NCBI GenBank assembly: GCA_945859975.1
Contig: CAMAPH010000036.1
Span: 1 to 29,067, forward strand
Source: Chthonomonas calidirosea
GTDB lineage: Bacteria; Armatimonadota; Fimbriimonadia; Fimbriimonadales; Fimbriimonadaceae
Reading direction: 5' to 3'
DNA: 29,067 bases
Shown: piece after piece, positions 7,591 to 16,467 of the stretch
Numbering within the stretch: position 1 is the stretch's first letter
Layout: each line of letters opens with the position of its first letter
Program-made: the position numbers and the translations under genes
Notes under the pieces: model-generated
What the model saw: the letters and a program-made list of their open reading frames with translations, nothing else
Told to the model about the DNA's origin: nothing
Databases searched by the model: none

Positions 7591-9881
7591 AGTGCGGCCG
7601 CGCCCTTTGCTTTGCCCTTGCGCTTTCTTCCTCACCACTGGCGGCCGCCCAAGTGTTCGGGAGTTACGAACTCCTTCGGGCTGGCTATCCGCTCATCAAC
7701 CGTGACCCAAACCGCGCGCCAGTGAATCTGCCGGGTGGTAGCTCAACCGAACCTGCCGCACCAGCGCGGACTGACGACCGCGAGCTTGAGATCATCCGCG
7801 CTGGGGCGTTGAATCGTGATGACAAAAAGATTCAGATCACCGGCGGTACGGAGGTTTTGTATCGCGGCTATCGGTGTTTTGCCGACCAGATTGACGGCGA
7901 TCTTGACACGGAAGTTTTCGACCTTAGCGGAAATGTGAAGATCATCGGTGCCGACGCGGTTGTCTACGGCGACAAGGTCCGGTTCAACTTCAAAAACGAA
8001 AGCTACGTGTCGGAGCGTGGCGGCGGCATGCTGCGCCCTTCGCTTTTGAAGGGTGCGGTCACCGACAATGTGTACATTTCATCCGTCGCAGCCGACGGGA
8101 CGGAGCGGGAGAATCACTTCAAAGAGGGCGATTTCACGACCTGCAGCTTGGGGGACCATTCGCATTACGAGATCGAATCTGCCGATACGGTCGTGCGGAC
8201 AAGCAAGCGGATCATTTTCCGAAAAGCGCGGATTCGATTCTTCGGCAAAACGATCATTACGATTCCGTTCCTCTCAATCCCGATCGAGGACCAGCAGTCG
8301 CGATACACGCCGGACGTGGGCCAGAGCCGTGACGAGGGCTATTACGTCAAGAGCCGCTTTGGGCTCTCGGCCTCCGATCGCATGGCAACGGACCTGCGCG
8401 TGGATTACATGTCTAAGTTCGGGCCTGCCCTCGGGACCGACTATGCCTACGCAAACGGCAAGATGGACGGCCTTACGCAGATCTACACCGTATTAGGCGC
8501 GGTGGGAACGCTGACAATGAAGAACCAACACCGCCAACAGCTGGGAAGCGGCGAGATTTCGATTCAAAACGACTATCAGCGGAACAACTATCTCACTTCT
8601 CCAGGATCGACCCTCTTCAATACCAATGCCCAGTACAACCTCCGATCTCAAACTGCAAACACGAACCTCAATTTCCAAAGGAACCGGAGTGAGTTCGGCG
8701 AGAGTGTCTCGGAAACGGAAGTCATTTCCATCAGCGATGACCGGAATATTGGAGCGCTTCAAACTTCAAGTAATTTGAGCTATTCGGTCAACCGCAACGC
8801 GTATGGAGATTCAAACTCCTTTGAATCTAAACAACTAGACGTGAGGTTACGCGCAAACCAGAACCTCCCGTTTGCGAATGCGGTGCTGGAGTATCAGCGG
8901 CTTGTGCCGGTTGGAGACAGTGTTGGTAGCTTTGGAACCGCGGACCGGACGCCGGTCCTTACGTTGACTTCCGACGCATCCAAGATTCTTGGGAAACGAC
9001 AGGGACTCGCACTTCCGTTTCGTACAAGCTTGTCCATCGGTGAGTTCGGCGGATTGCAAGGTTCGCGGGTGACGCGAAGCATTTTTGATTGGACGCTCAA
9101 CAAAAGCTCTGGCGGCCGCTCACGCTTCAGCTTCGACTATTCGAGCGTTTTCAAGCAGTCGATGTACTCGGATGACACCGCGCAGTACGTCGTCGGCGCA
9201 GGTTGGAACGCGGCGTACAGGCTAGGCGGCGATACCTCGGCAAACTTGCGCTACAACTACTTACGTCCGGAGGGGTACACGCCGCTGGCACAGGACCGGA
9301 CCGGCCGCACCCACACTTCGACGTTCGACGTCTCGACGCGGCCGTTGAGAACTTTTCTGGTGGGAGCGCAAACCGGCTTTGACTTTAATCAGTCCAAACA
9401 GAGCGACATAGGCTGGCAGCAGTTCAACTTGCGCACGGAATACCGCCCTCGGGACTATCTCAACTTTCGAACGCTGACCACCTACGACACGATCTCGCAG
9501 AACTGGAGCAGTGTCCGGCTAGATTTCACGTACCAACCGGGCGCGACTTTTGTAACCCTCGGTGCCCGATACGACGGCTTTCAGAAGCGATGGTCGAATG
9601 CAAATCTGTACTTGGCCAACTTGAAGTGGGGCCGAACGCGCGTTGGAGCCGTGCTTTCTTACAACGGCTTCACCAAGGAAATTGATGCGGCCCAGTACAA
9701 CGCCGTCTACGATTTGCACTGTTGGGAGCTCGTTCTGAGCCTTTCGGAATACAAAACTGGATTCCGCCCCGGCCGTGAAGTCCAGGTGTTTTTCCGGCTG
9801 AAGGCGTTCCCAACGGACTTGCCGTTTGGCATTGGTCGCCGCGGACAATCCATCGGTTCAAACATCGGGTTCAACAACTAA
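7587..9881 (+). CDS. lptD: LptD/OstA-like outer-membrane beta-barrel with N-terminal beta-jellyroll
   Basis: GTG 7587 overlaps the permease stop (GTGA) and yields a signal peptide (MKCGRALCFALALSSSPLAAAQ). OstA-like strands (LSGNVKI, YGDKVRFNF), GDFTTC...HYEI, DEGYYVK and DYMSKFGPALG are followed by amphipathic S/N/Y-rich strands. Confidence 0.8.
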   Translation: MKCGRALCFALALSSSPLAAAQVFGSYELLRAGYPLINRDPNRAPVNLPGGSSTEPAAPARTDDRELEIIRAGALNRDDKKIQITGGTEVLYRGYRCFADQIDGDLDTEVFDLSGNVKIIGADAVVYGDKVRFNFKNESYVSERGGGMLRPSLLKGAVTDNVYISSVAADGTERENHFKEGDFTTCSLGDHSHYEIESADTVVRTSKRIIFRKARIRFFGKTIITIPFLSIPIEDQQSRYTPDVGQSRDEGYYVKSRFGLSASDRMATDLRVDYMSKFGPALGTDYAYANGKMDGLTQIYTVLGAVGTLTMKNQHRQQLGSGEISIQNDYQRNNYLTSPGSTLFNTNAQYNLRSQTANTNLNFQRNRSEFGESVSETEVISISDDRNIGALQTSSNLSYSVNRNAYGDSNSFESKQLDVRLRANQNLPFANAVLEYQRLVPVGDSVGSFGTADRTPVLTLTSDASKILGKRQGLALPFRTSLSIGEFGGLQGSRVTRSIFDWTLNKSSGGRSRFSFDYSSVFKQSMYSDDTAQYVVGAGWNAAYRLGGDTSANLRYNYLRPEGYTPLAQDRTGRTHTSTFDVSTRPLRTFLVGAQTGFDFNQSKQSDIGWQQFNLRTEYRPRDYLNFRTLTTYDTISQNWSSVRLDFTYQPGATFVTLGARYDGFQKRWSNANLYLANLKWGRTRVGAVLSYNGFTKEIDAAQYNAVYDLHCWELVLSLSEYKTGFRPGREVQVFFRLKAFPTDLPFGIGRRGQSIGSNIGFNN

Positions 9882-9898
9882 GGGCCGTCCGGGCGGAT

Positions 9899-9904
9899 TA
9901 AACT
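9899..9904 (+). promoter_or_regulatory. Putative -10 element (TAAACT) 8 nt before ATG 9913
   Basis: TAAACT-gtcgggca-ATG with no clear Shine-Dalgarno sequence. Confidence 0.4.
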
Positions 9905-9912
9905 GTCGGGCA

Positions 9913-11841
9913 ATGCTCGCCGTACTCATCACGTTCATCTTTTGCCTTGGGTGGCTTGGGATCGGCAAGGGGCTTCTTGGCAAGCATTTGGAGCACGAAG
10001 GAGGCACCCTTGGCTTCAGCGTCGCCGGACTCGTGGGGCTGGGCGCTTGCGGCTGGCTTACCTTTTTCATCGGTTTGTTACCCGGTGGCCTCAATTGGGG
10101 GCTGTATGTTGTCGGGGCAATCGCGGTCGTCGGGCTTGGCTTGCTCGTGAAGGGCGGGGTTACGGACTTCCAACCGACAGCCCTGGTTGGCGCCGTCCCC
10201 GTGCTGTTTACGGGCCTGATTGGTGCACTCGCGCCGAGTACGACCCTCGACTGGGACACGCTGGCGTATCACTTTGCCGTACCGAAGATTTGGCTCCAAC
10301 ACGGGCAAATTGATTTCGTCTCGTTTATTCACCACTCCAACTTTCCGTTTGCGGTCGACAACCTATTCATCTGGGGTTTGACTTGGGGTGGGGAGACCGG
10401 GGCGAAAGCCTTTAGCGTATGGTTCGCGGTGCTTGCCGTCCTGGCGGCTTTCGGAGCCGCGAGTGCAGCTTACGGGAAGAAAGCCGGCATCTGGGCGGCG
10501 GTGAGCTTCGGCTGCTTGCCAATGGTTCTTTGGCTAAGTGGTACGGGCTACATCGATGTTAGTCAGGGCGTCTATGCTGGCCTAGCGCTGTACTACTTGG
10601 GACAGTGGATACAGAATCCAGAGACGCCAAGTCGTGCAGTCCTTGGTGTGCTTTTGCTTGGGTTCGCGATGGCAAGCAAGTACACCGGATTGCAAACGGC
10701 GATTGTTTTTGCACTCATTTTCGGGTTTGCCCTCACTCGAAAGGGAAACGGGTTGAAACTTTCTCCCGCCCTTGTTCTGATCCCAATTGTCATTTGCGCC
10801 CCGTGGTACATGCGCAATATCGTCAACACGGGTAATCCGGTTTATCCCTTCTTCTACAGCGTGCTTAAAGGGAAGAACTGGAGCGACTACAACGCCAAGA
10901 TCTATGCGAACGAGCAGCAGACATTTGGTGTCGGACGCGAGATCGCGACTGCGGAGAAACCCGATTACACGGCGAATCCCTTAGAAGTCTCCCGGCTACC
11001 GCACGCCATTTTTGGCCTGGCATATCAGCCGGGCCGATACATCAACCCCGCTCCAACCCAGGGGCAAGGCGTACCGATGGGAGCCCTAGGTGCGGTTGGA
11101 TTGGTTGCGCTTCTCGCTTGGCTCGCGAGCGGTCGCTCCCGCAAGTTTGAGGCAACGCTGATCGCCGGGGTAGGGGTTAGTTTGCTGATGTGGTTCTTCC
11201 TCAGCCAGCAGAGCCGGTACATCGTCGGCTTGATGTTTCCGCTCTCGCTTCTTGCTGCGGGGGCAATTTCACGACTTTCAATTGGCAAGGTGTTTCAACT
11301 CCTTATCCCGGTTCAAGCTCTGGCAGGACTTTACGTGACCTACACCGCAGTGACGAGCGACCAGCTCGAAGTCGCTCTGGGGCAAACGGACCGAGAGGCG
11401 TATCGGGTTCGCCGGATCTCGTTCGCGGAACCTGCGGCAGAAATCAACGCGACGATCAAGCCGGAAAAGATTGCCCTCTTCGATGAAGTCTTTGGCTTCT
11501 TGCTCGATGTGCCGTACTTCTGGGGCAACCCTGGGCATACGACAGAGATCGGCTACGAAGCTATGGAAACTCCGGATGACTTTGTTAACGGGCTCCAGAA
11601 GCAAGGGATTACACACGTGTATTGGAACTTGAGTCTGACCCCGAAACCGTTACGCGATGAGCTTCTTCAGGCTTCTGGTTTGGTGAGCACACCGGTCCCG
11701 TTAAGTTCCGAGGCAAGGACCAATCTAATGTCCGACACGCAGAGCAAGTGGAAGCCGTTACTGGTCGAAGCCATCGCTAGCGGAAGAATTCGGCTCATAA
11801 AAGAGTTCGGTAGCCGGGTGATCCTGGAGATCGTTCGGTAA
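9913..11841 (+). CDS. Polytopic GT-C fold (PMT/ArnT/GT39-like) membrane glycosyltransferase
   Basis: More than 10 hydrophobic segments; DWDTLAYHFAVPK loop, SKYTG, PWYMRN...GNPVYPF, QQSRY; soluble C-terminal domain. Start moved to ATG 9913 to avoid overlapping lptD. Confidence 0.72.
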   Translation: MLAVLITFIFCLGWLGIGKGLLGKHLEHEGGTLGFSVAGLVGLGACGWLTFFIGLLPGGLNWGLYVVGAIAVVGLGLLVKGGVTDFQPTALVGAVPVLFTGLIGALAPSTTLDWDTLAYHFAVPKIWLQHGQIDFVSFIHHSNFPFAVDNLFIWGLTWGGETGAKAFSVWFAVLAVLAAFGAASAAYGKKAGIWAAVSFGCLPMVLWLSGTGYIDVSQGVYAGLALYYLGQWIQNPETPSRAVLGVLLLGFAMASKYTGLQTAIVFALIFGFALTRKGNGLKLSPALVLIPIVICAPWYMRNIVNTGNPVYPFFYSVLKGKNWSDYNAKIYANEQQTFGVGREIATAEKPDYTANPLEVSRLPHAIFGLAYQPGRYINPAPTQGQGVPMGALGAVGLVALLAWLASGRSRKFEATLIAGVGVSLLMWFFLSQQSRYIVGLMFPLSLLAAGAISRLSIGKVFQLLIPVQALAGLYVTYTAVTSDQLEVALGQTDREAYRVRRISFAEPAAEINATIKPEKIALFDEVFGFLLDVPYFWGNPGHTTEIGYEAMETPDDFVNGLQKQGITHVYWNLSLTPKPLRDELLQASGLVSTPVPLSSEARTNLMSDTQSKWKPLLVEAIASGRIRLIKEFGSRVILEIVR

Positions 11842-11854
11842 CCTTTGGGGCAAC

Positions 11855-12814
11855 ATGCAATATCGCAAGCTAGGCCGTTACGGGATTCGCGTCAGTGAAG
11901 TTGGAGTCGGTGGTTGGCTCACCCATGGTCGGACGATTGACGACTCGGTTACGGCCGAAATCGTGCACCGAGCTTTCGACTTGGGAATCAACTTCTTTGA
12001 CACGGCCGATGTGTACAACACGGGCGAAGCAGAGAAGTCGCTCGGGCTTGCGATCAAGGACATCAAGCGCGAATCGCTGGTTGTCGCAACCAAGTGCTTC
12101 TTCCCGATGTCTCAGGAAACAAACGACCGAGGACTCAGCCGAAAGCACATCACCGAGTCGGTGAACGCGAGCCTTCAGCGACTGCAGACCGACTACATCG
12201 ACCTGATGCAGTTCCACCGGTTTGACACGGAAACGCCGCTGGACGAAACGGTGCGAGCGATTGACGACCTGATCCGAGCCGGAAAGGTTCTTTACTGGGG
12301 CGTCAGCGAGTGGAACGCTCACCAGATCACGGAAGTTGTGCACATTGCCAAGCAGCTGAACGCCAACTTGCCAGCGAGCAACCAGCCGAGCTACAGCATG
12401 CTTCAGCGCTCGATCGAAGACAGCGTGATTCCGGTCTCCGAACTCCATGGTCTCGGCCAGGTGGTCTTCTCGCCGCTTGCTCAGGGTGTTCTTACCGGTA
12501 AGTACTTGCCAGGTCAGCCTGCACCGGCCGGAACGCGTGGCGCTGATGACAGTTCGAACATGTGGATGCGCGACACGCTGGCGAATGATGCGCTTCTGCA
12601 GCGCATTCAAGACCTGAAAACATACGTAGAGTCTCTCGGCTTTGAATTGCCTGCGTTTGCCCTAGCCTGGTGCCTGCGCAAGCAGAACGTGAGCTCCGTG
12701 ATCATCGGCGCGAGCCGAACCGCACAGGTTGAGCAGAACGTTTTGGCTGCAACCCTGAAGCCAGAGCCAGAAGTATTTGAGAAGGCGGAAGCCATTCTTC
12801 GCGGGAATTCGTAA
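11855..12814 (+). CDS. Aldo/keto reductase (Kv-beta/Tas-like)
   Basis: MQYRKLG, GINFFDTADVYNTG (D/Y), VATK (K), RGLSRKHI, LQTDYIDLMQFH (H), GKVLYWGVSEW, SPLAQGVLTGKY. Confidence 0.95.
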   Translation: MQYRKLGRYGIRVSEVGVGGWLTHGRTIDDSVTAEIVHRAFDLGINFFDTADVYNTGEAEKSLGLAIKDIKRESLVVATKCFFPMSQETNDRGLSRKHITESVNASLQRLQTDYIDLMQFHRFDTETPLDETVRAIDDLIRAGKVLYWGVSEWNAHQITEVVHIAKQLNANLPASNQPSYSMLQRSIEDSVIPVSELHGLGQVVFSPLAQGVLTGKYLPGQPAPAGTRGADDSSNMWMRDTLANDALLQRIQDLKTYVESLGFELPAFALAWCLRKQNVSSVIIGASRTAQVEQNVLAATLKPEPEVFEKAEAILRGNS

Positions 12815-12816
12815 CG

Positions 12817-13317
12817 TTGAACGTAGCAAACCTAAACCCACAGCAAACTCAAGAAACCGAATTTGAAAAACGGCGCGGCATAAGCCGCGTCGAGGTTCGA
12901 TACGGTTTTGCCCAAGTACACATCACGAATCTCGATGGAGAAATTCAGGCGGCCCGTTTGCGGGTGCTCAAGGCCGTGAACGAAGCAGGAATAAGTGTCG
13001 ACTTTTTGAAGCTGACGCCGACCGGGCTTTCTTTCCTCGTAACAAACAGTTGTGCGGAAGGCGTTGCGACGGCAATTCAACCGGTGGCAAGCGATTCCAG
13101 CATCCGTCCTGAACGAGCCATTGTGCTAGTTCACGCGGTGAACATTCGAGATGAGGAAGGTCTGATCGGCCATATCGTGCGTGAAGTCATCGAGACCGGC
13201 ACGACGATCGACCACATCGGGGACATGCACGACCGGTTGCTGATGATTGTTTCAGCCAAGGATGCACCTCGGCTCGAGAAGTTGTTGGCCGAAAAACTGC
13301 TGGCGGGGCAAGAGTAA
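12817..13317 (+). CDS. Stand-alone tandem ACT-domain protein resembling the aspartokinase regulatory (beta) module
   Basis: RVLKAVNEAGISVDFLKLTPTGLSFLV is a typical aspartokinase ACT segment, and a second ACT-like unit follows. The TTG start is uncertain; the stop overlaps the kinase start (TAATG). Confidence 0.8.
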   Translation: MNVANLNPQQTQETEFEKRRGISRVEVRYGFAQVHITNLDGEIQAARLRVLKAVNEAGISVDFLKLTPTGLSFLVTNSCAEGVATAIQPVASDSSIRPERAIVLVHAVNIRDEEGLIGHIVREVIETGTTIDHIGDMHDRLLMIVSAKDAPRLEKLLAEKLLAGQE

Positions 13318-14672
13318 TGCGAATTAAGGTGATGAAGTTTGGTGGCACCTCGGTTGCCACGGCAGAAGCGCGAATGCAGTCGGCGATGCGGGTCATCTCC
13401 GCAAAAGATCAGGGTTTCCGACCCGTGGTCGTCGTCAGCGCGATTGGTCGCAAGGGTGCGCCGTACGCAACGGACACGCTGATCAATCTACTGAATGAAA
13501 TCGATCCGAATGTCGACCCAGATCCACGGGAGCTTGATCTATTGGTGGCTTGCGGAGAGATTCTGAGCGCGGTGGTTTTTGCCCACACGCTGAAGACCCT
13601 CGGTCACAGCGCGATGGCTTTCCGCGGCGGCCAAGCCGGCATTCGCACTGATGGCGTTTACGGAAACGCTCGGATCGTTAGCATCAATCCGGTTGCCCTC
13701 CTCAAGAGCATCGGGGGCGGACACATTCCGGTCGTTTGTGGTTTCCAAGGAGTCTTTGTTGACGGTCCGGGTATGCCCGGCGGTGAGCTCACGACCCTAG
13801 GACGTGGCGGCAGCGACACCACCGGGGCTGCCCTTGGCGCGGCCCTCAAGGCGGAGGCGGTCGAAATCTTCACGGACGTGGACGGCGTGAAAACGGCCGA
13901 CCCAGATGCGGTTCGCAATGCGCCAACGCTTCGGACGGTCACCTACGACGAAGTCGCAGAAATCGCCCACTTGGGCGCGAAAGTTGTTCATCCCCGTGCG
14001 GCAGAAATCGCCATGATGTATGGCATTCCGCTTTGGGTTAAGAACACGTTTACTGACGATGAAGGTACACAAATCGTGCCGAAATCGGACTTTCCTGGTC
14101 GGCGCGTGACGGGCGTGACCCACACCGGAAAGCTGGTCTATCTTCAGTTCGATCTGAGTGGTGCCGCATCCGAAGCTGAACGCGTGATGCTCGAGACTCG
14201 CATCTACGAGACGATGGCGCGTTATGACGTGAATCTGTTTATGCTCGACATGAGCCCCAGCAGTACGGGCTTTGCGGTTCCGCGAGACCAGTATCCGATC
14301 GTCGAAAACGTCCTGGACGGCCTTGTCATTCCAGTTGGAGGAGCTGAGCGGAGGGTTTATCTCTTCCAAGTGGGGCGGAATGCGTCTCGGGAAGTCGAAA
14401 CTCAGGCGGCGCTTTTGGGATCTCTTGGCGAGGTTCGCCGTGTTCCAGCCGAGTTGACCGAAGGTTGCACCATGGTTTCCCTCGTTGGGCACGAATACAT
14501 GCAGCAACCGGGTGTGTTTTACAACGTCATGCATGCGCTCGCCGAAGCTCAGATTCAGGTCCTGCAAACCAGCGACTCCGACTACTCTTTAAGTGTTTTG
14601 GTCACCGAAAGTGAGAGCCTTCGAGCCGTCCGACTCCTTCACGATCGATTTGGGTTGAGCGAGGTCAGTTAG
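13317..14672 (+). CDS. dapG: Aspartate kinase, DapG (aspartokinase I) type
   Basis: VMKFGGTSV, VVVVSAIGRKGAPYATDTL (DapG-like), TTLGRGGSDTT, IFTDVDGVKTADP, GAKVVHPRA, plus C-terminal ACT domains. Confidence 0.93.
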   Translation: MRIKVMKFGGTSVATAEARMQSAMRVISAKDQGFRPVVVVSAIGRKGAPYATDTLINLLNEIDPNVDPDPRELDLLVACGEILSAVVFAHTLKTLGHSAMAFRGGQAGIRTDGVYGNARIVSINPVALLKSIGGGHIPVVCGFQGVFVDGPGMPGGELTTLGRGGSDTTGAALGAALKAEAVEIFTDVDGVKTADPDAVRNAPTLRTVTYDEVAEIAHLGAKVVHPRAAEIAMMYGIPLWVKNTFTDDEGTQIVPKSDFPGRRVTGVTHTGKLVYLQFDLSGAASEAERVMLETRIYETMARYDVNLFMLDMSPSSTGFAVPRDQYPIVENVLDGLVIPVGGAERRVYLFQVGRNASREVETQAALLGSLGEVRRVPAELTEGCTMVSLVGHEYMQQPGVFYNVMHALAEAQIQVLQTSDSDYSLSVLVTESESLRAVRLLHDRFGLSEVS

Positions 14673-14674
14673 CT

Positions 14675-15481
14675 TTGCCAACCCAGATCATGGGCATTTT
14701 GAACGTCACGCCGGATTCTTTTTCGGACGGTGGGCGGTTTTTCTCCTCTGACTCGGCAATCGCGCACGGTTTGCAAATGGCCGCCGAAGGCGCAGACTGG
14801 ATCGATGTCGGTGGGGAAAGTACCCGCCCTGGCGCGCTTCCGGTCTCGGTTGACGAAGAACTTGAGCGAGTCTTGCCGGTAGTCGCCGGTTTGGTGTCGA
14901 GTGGTCTGCGCGTTTCGATTGACACGATGAAGCCGGCCGTGGCTCGTGAGGCCGTGCGGGCTGGCGCGTCGCTAATCAACGACGTCACCGGCTGGAGCGA
15001 CCCCGAGATGGGCTCGGTCTGCGCGGAGTCTGGCGCAGCGGTTTGCCTGATGCACATGCAGGGGGAGCCCCGAACGATGCAGGCCAATCCGACTTACGCG
15101 AGCGTCGTGGAAGAGATTCGCGATTTTCTGGTCTCGAGGGCCGATCTGGCAGAGTCGCTCGGGATTGAGCGCGACCGAATCTATATCGATCCCGGCATCG
15201 GCTTCGGCAAAACAATCAAACACAACCTGGAGTTGCTTCGGCACCTCGGAATGTTCGTCCAGACCGGCTACCCCGTTCTCCTAGGCACAAGTCGGAAGAG
15301 TTTCATCGGACGCATATTGGGTTCCGACGGTGAACCGCTGCCAACCGAGGAGCGACTTGAGGGAACGCTCGCGACCCAAGCGGTTGCAGAGGCGACCGGG
15401 GTCGCCATCCTCCGCGTTCACGATGTTCAGAGCGCCGTTCGATTCTCTAAGATGTACTGCGCGATCACGCAACCCGATTAG
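14675..15481 (+). CDS. folP: Dihydropteroate synthase
   Basis: IMGILNVTPDSFSDGG, IDVGGESTRPG, SIDT, LMHMQGEP, IDPGIGFGK, GTSRKSFIG, LRVHDV. Start is TTG 14675 or ATG 14690. Confidence 0.96.
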   Translation: MPTQIMGILNVTPDSFSDGGRFFSSDSAIAHGLQMAAEGADWIDVGGESTRPGALPVSVDEELERVLPVVAGLVSSGLRVSIDTMKPAVAREAVRAGASLINDVTGWSDPEMGSVCAESGAAVCLMHMQGEPRTMQANPTYASVVEEIRDFLVSRADLAESLGIERDRIYIDPGIGFGKTIKHNLELLRHLGMFVQTGYPVLLGTSRKSFIGRILGSDGEPLPTEERLEGTLATQAVAEATGVAILRVHDVQSAVRFSKMYCAITQPD

Positions 15482-16448
15482 CTTCAATCGGAATCCCGTC
15501 TCGGAACGCCGCGAGATTTTGCGCGGTCGTTTCGGCAATGGCTTCTAACGCTTCGGTTGTAAGGAACGCCTGGTGGCCGGTGATAAGGACGTTCGGAAAT
15601 GTGAGTAGTCGAGCAAATGTCTCGTCGGTCGGAAGTGCTCCGCTCAAGTCGCGGAAGAACAGCCCAGACTCTTCCTCGTAGACATCGAGTCCGAGGGCAC
15701 CAATCTTGTGAGACTGAAGGGCCTCAATCGCCGCTGGCGTGTCGATCACGGCACCTCGGGAGGTGTTCACTAGGACCACCCCGGGCTTCATGGCTTCCAA
15801 GGTTGCTTGGTTTACAAGATGGTGGGTATCTGGCGTTAGCGGGCAGTGAAGGGAGATGATGTCGGCCTCGGCCCAGATTCGCTCCAGCGAAACGAATTCC
15901 CAAGGAGAATCCTTCGGAGGAAACGGATCATAGGCAAGAACTTTCATGCCAAATCCAGCGGCAATTCGGCAGAAAGCGAGCCCAATTTTCCCGCAACCAA
16001 CCACGCCGACGGTCCGACCGTGGAGATTGAATCCGACCAGCCCATTGAGACTGAAGTTCATTTCCCGCACCCGGTTATAAGCGCGGTGGGTTTTTCGACT
16101 TAGGGTTAGCAGAAGTGCGAAGGCGTGCTCCGCAACGGCCTCCGGCGAGTACGCGGGAACACGCGCAATGGAGAAGCTGAGCTCCCGAGCGGTTTCCAGG
16201 TGGACCGAGTTGAATCCCGCACAACGCAGCGCGATGTTGCGAACCCCTAGTTCAGCGAGAAGGTGGAGTACCGGAGCAGAAAGGTCATCGTTGACAAAGG
16301 CGCAAATGGCCTCGGAGCCACGGGCCAAGCTCACCGTAGACGGTTCAAGCGGAAACTCGACAAACACCGCCTCCAGATCGAGACGAGCGGCCGCTTCCGC
16401 AAGGAAGGGCCGCTCGAAGGATTTTGTGCTGTAGACCGTAACTCGCAT
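15465..16448 (-). CDS. ldhA: NAD-dependent D-lactate dehydrogenase (D-2-hydroxyacid dehydrogenase)
   Basis: CAFVND, ALRCAGFN, VPAYSPEAVAEH, GCGKIG, ISLHCPLT, NTSRG, LDVYEEE, NVLITGHQAFLT. Confidence 0.93.
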   Translation of the reverse strand: MRVTVYSTKSFERPFLAEAAARLDLEAVFVEFPLEPSTVSLARGSEAICAFVNDDLSAPVLHLLAELGVRNIALRCAGFNSVHLETARELSFSIARVPAYSPEAVAEHAFALLLTLSRKTHRAYNRVREMNFSLNGLVGFNLHGRTVGVVGCGKIGLAFCRIAAGFGMKVLAYDPFPPKDSPWEFVSLERIWAEADIISLHCPLTPDTHHLVNQATLEAMKPGVVLVNTSRGAVIDTPAAIEALQSHKIGALGLDVYEEESGLFFRDLSGALPTDETFARLLTFPNVLITGHQAFLTTEALEAIAETTAQNLAAFRDGIPIEANRVA

Positions 16449-16454
16449 GGAACG

Positions 16455-16460
16455 AGTCTA
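16455..16460 (-). promoter_or_regulatory. Putative -10 element (TAGACT) 6 nt before the ldhA ATG
   Basis: Minus strand reads TAGACT-cgttcc-ATG; no Shine-Dalgarno sequence. Confidence 0.55.
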
Positions 16461-16467
16461 CGTCGGC

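Noticed and set aside
12817..13317. ACT gene as a pseudogene fragment or frameshifted part of the aspartokinase
   Set aside because: It lies upstream of a complete kinase that has its own KFGG N-terminus and ACT tail, is an intact frame, and is too diverged to be recent duplication debris.
11870..14567. Long antisense ORFs 11870-12610 (246 aa) and 13797-14567 (256 aa); similarly 17015-17662 and 20916-21626
   Set aside because: They lie opposite well-supported genes, show no motifs, and such open frames are expected from codon bias in GC-rich DNA.
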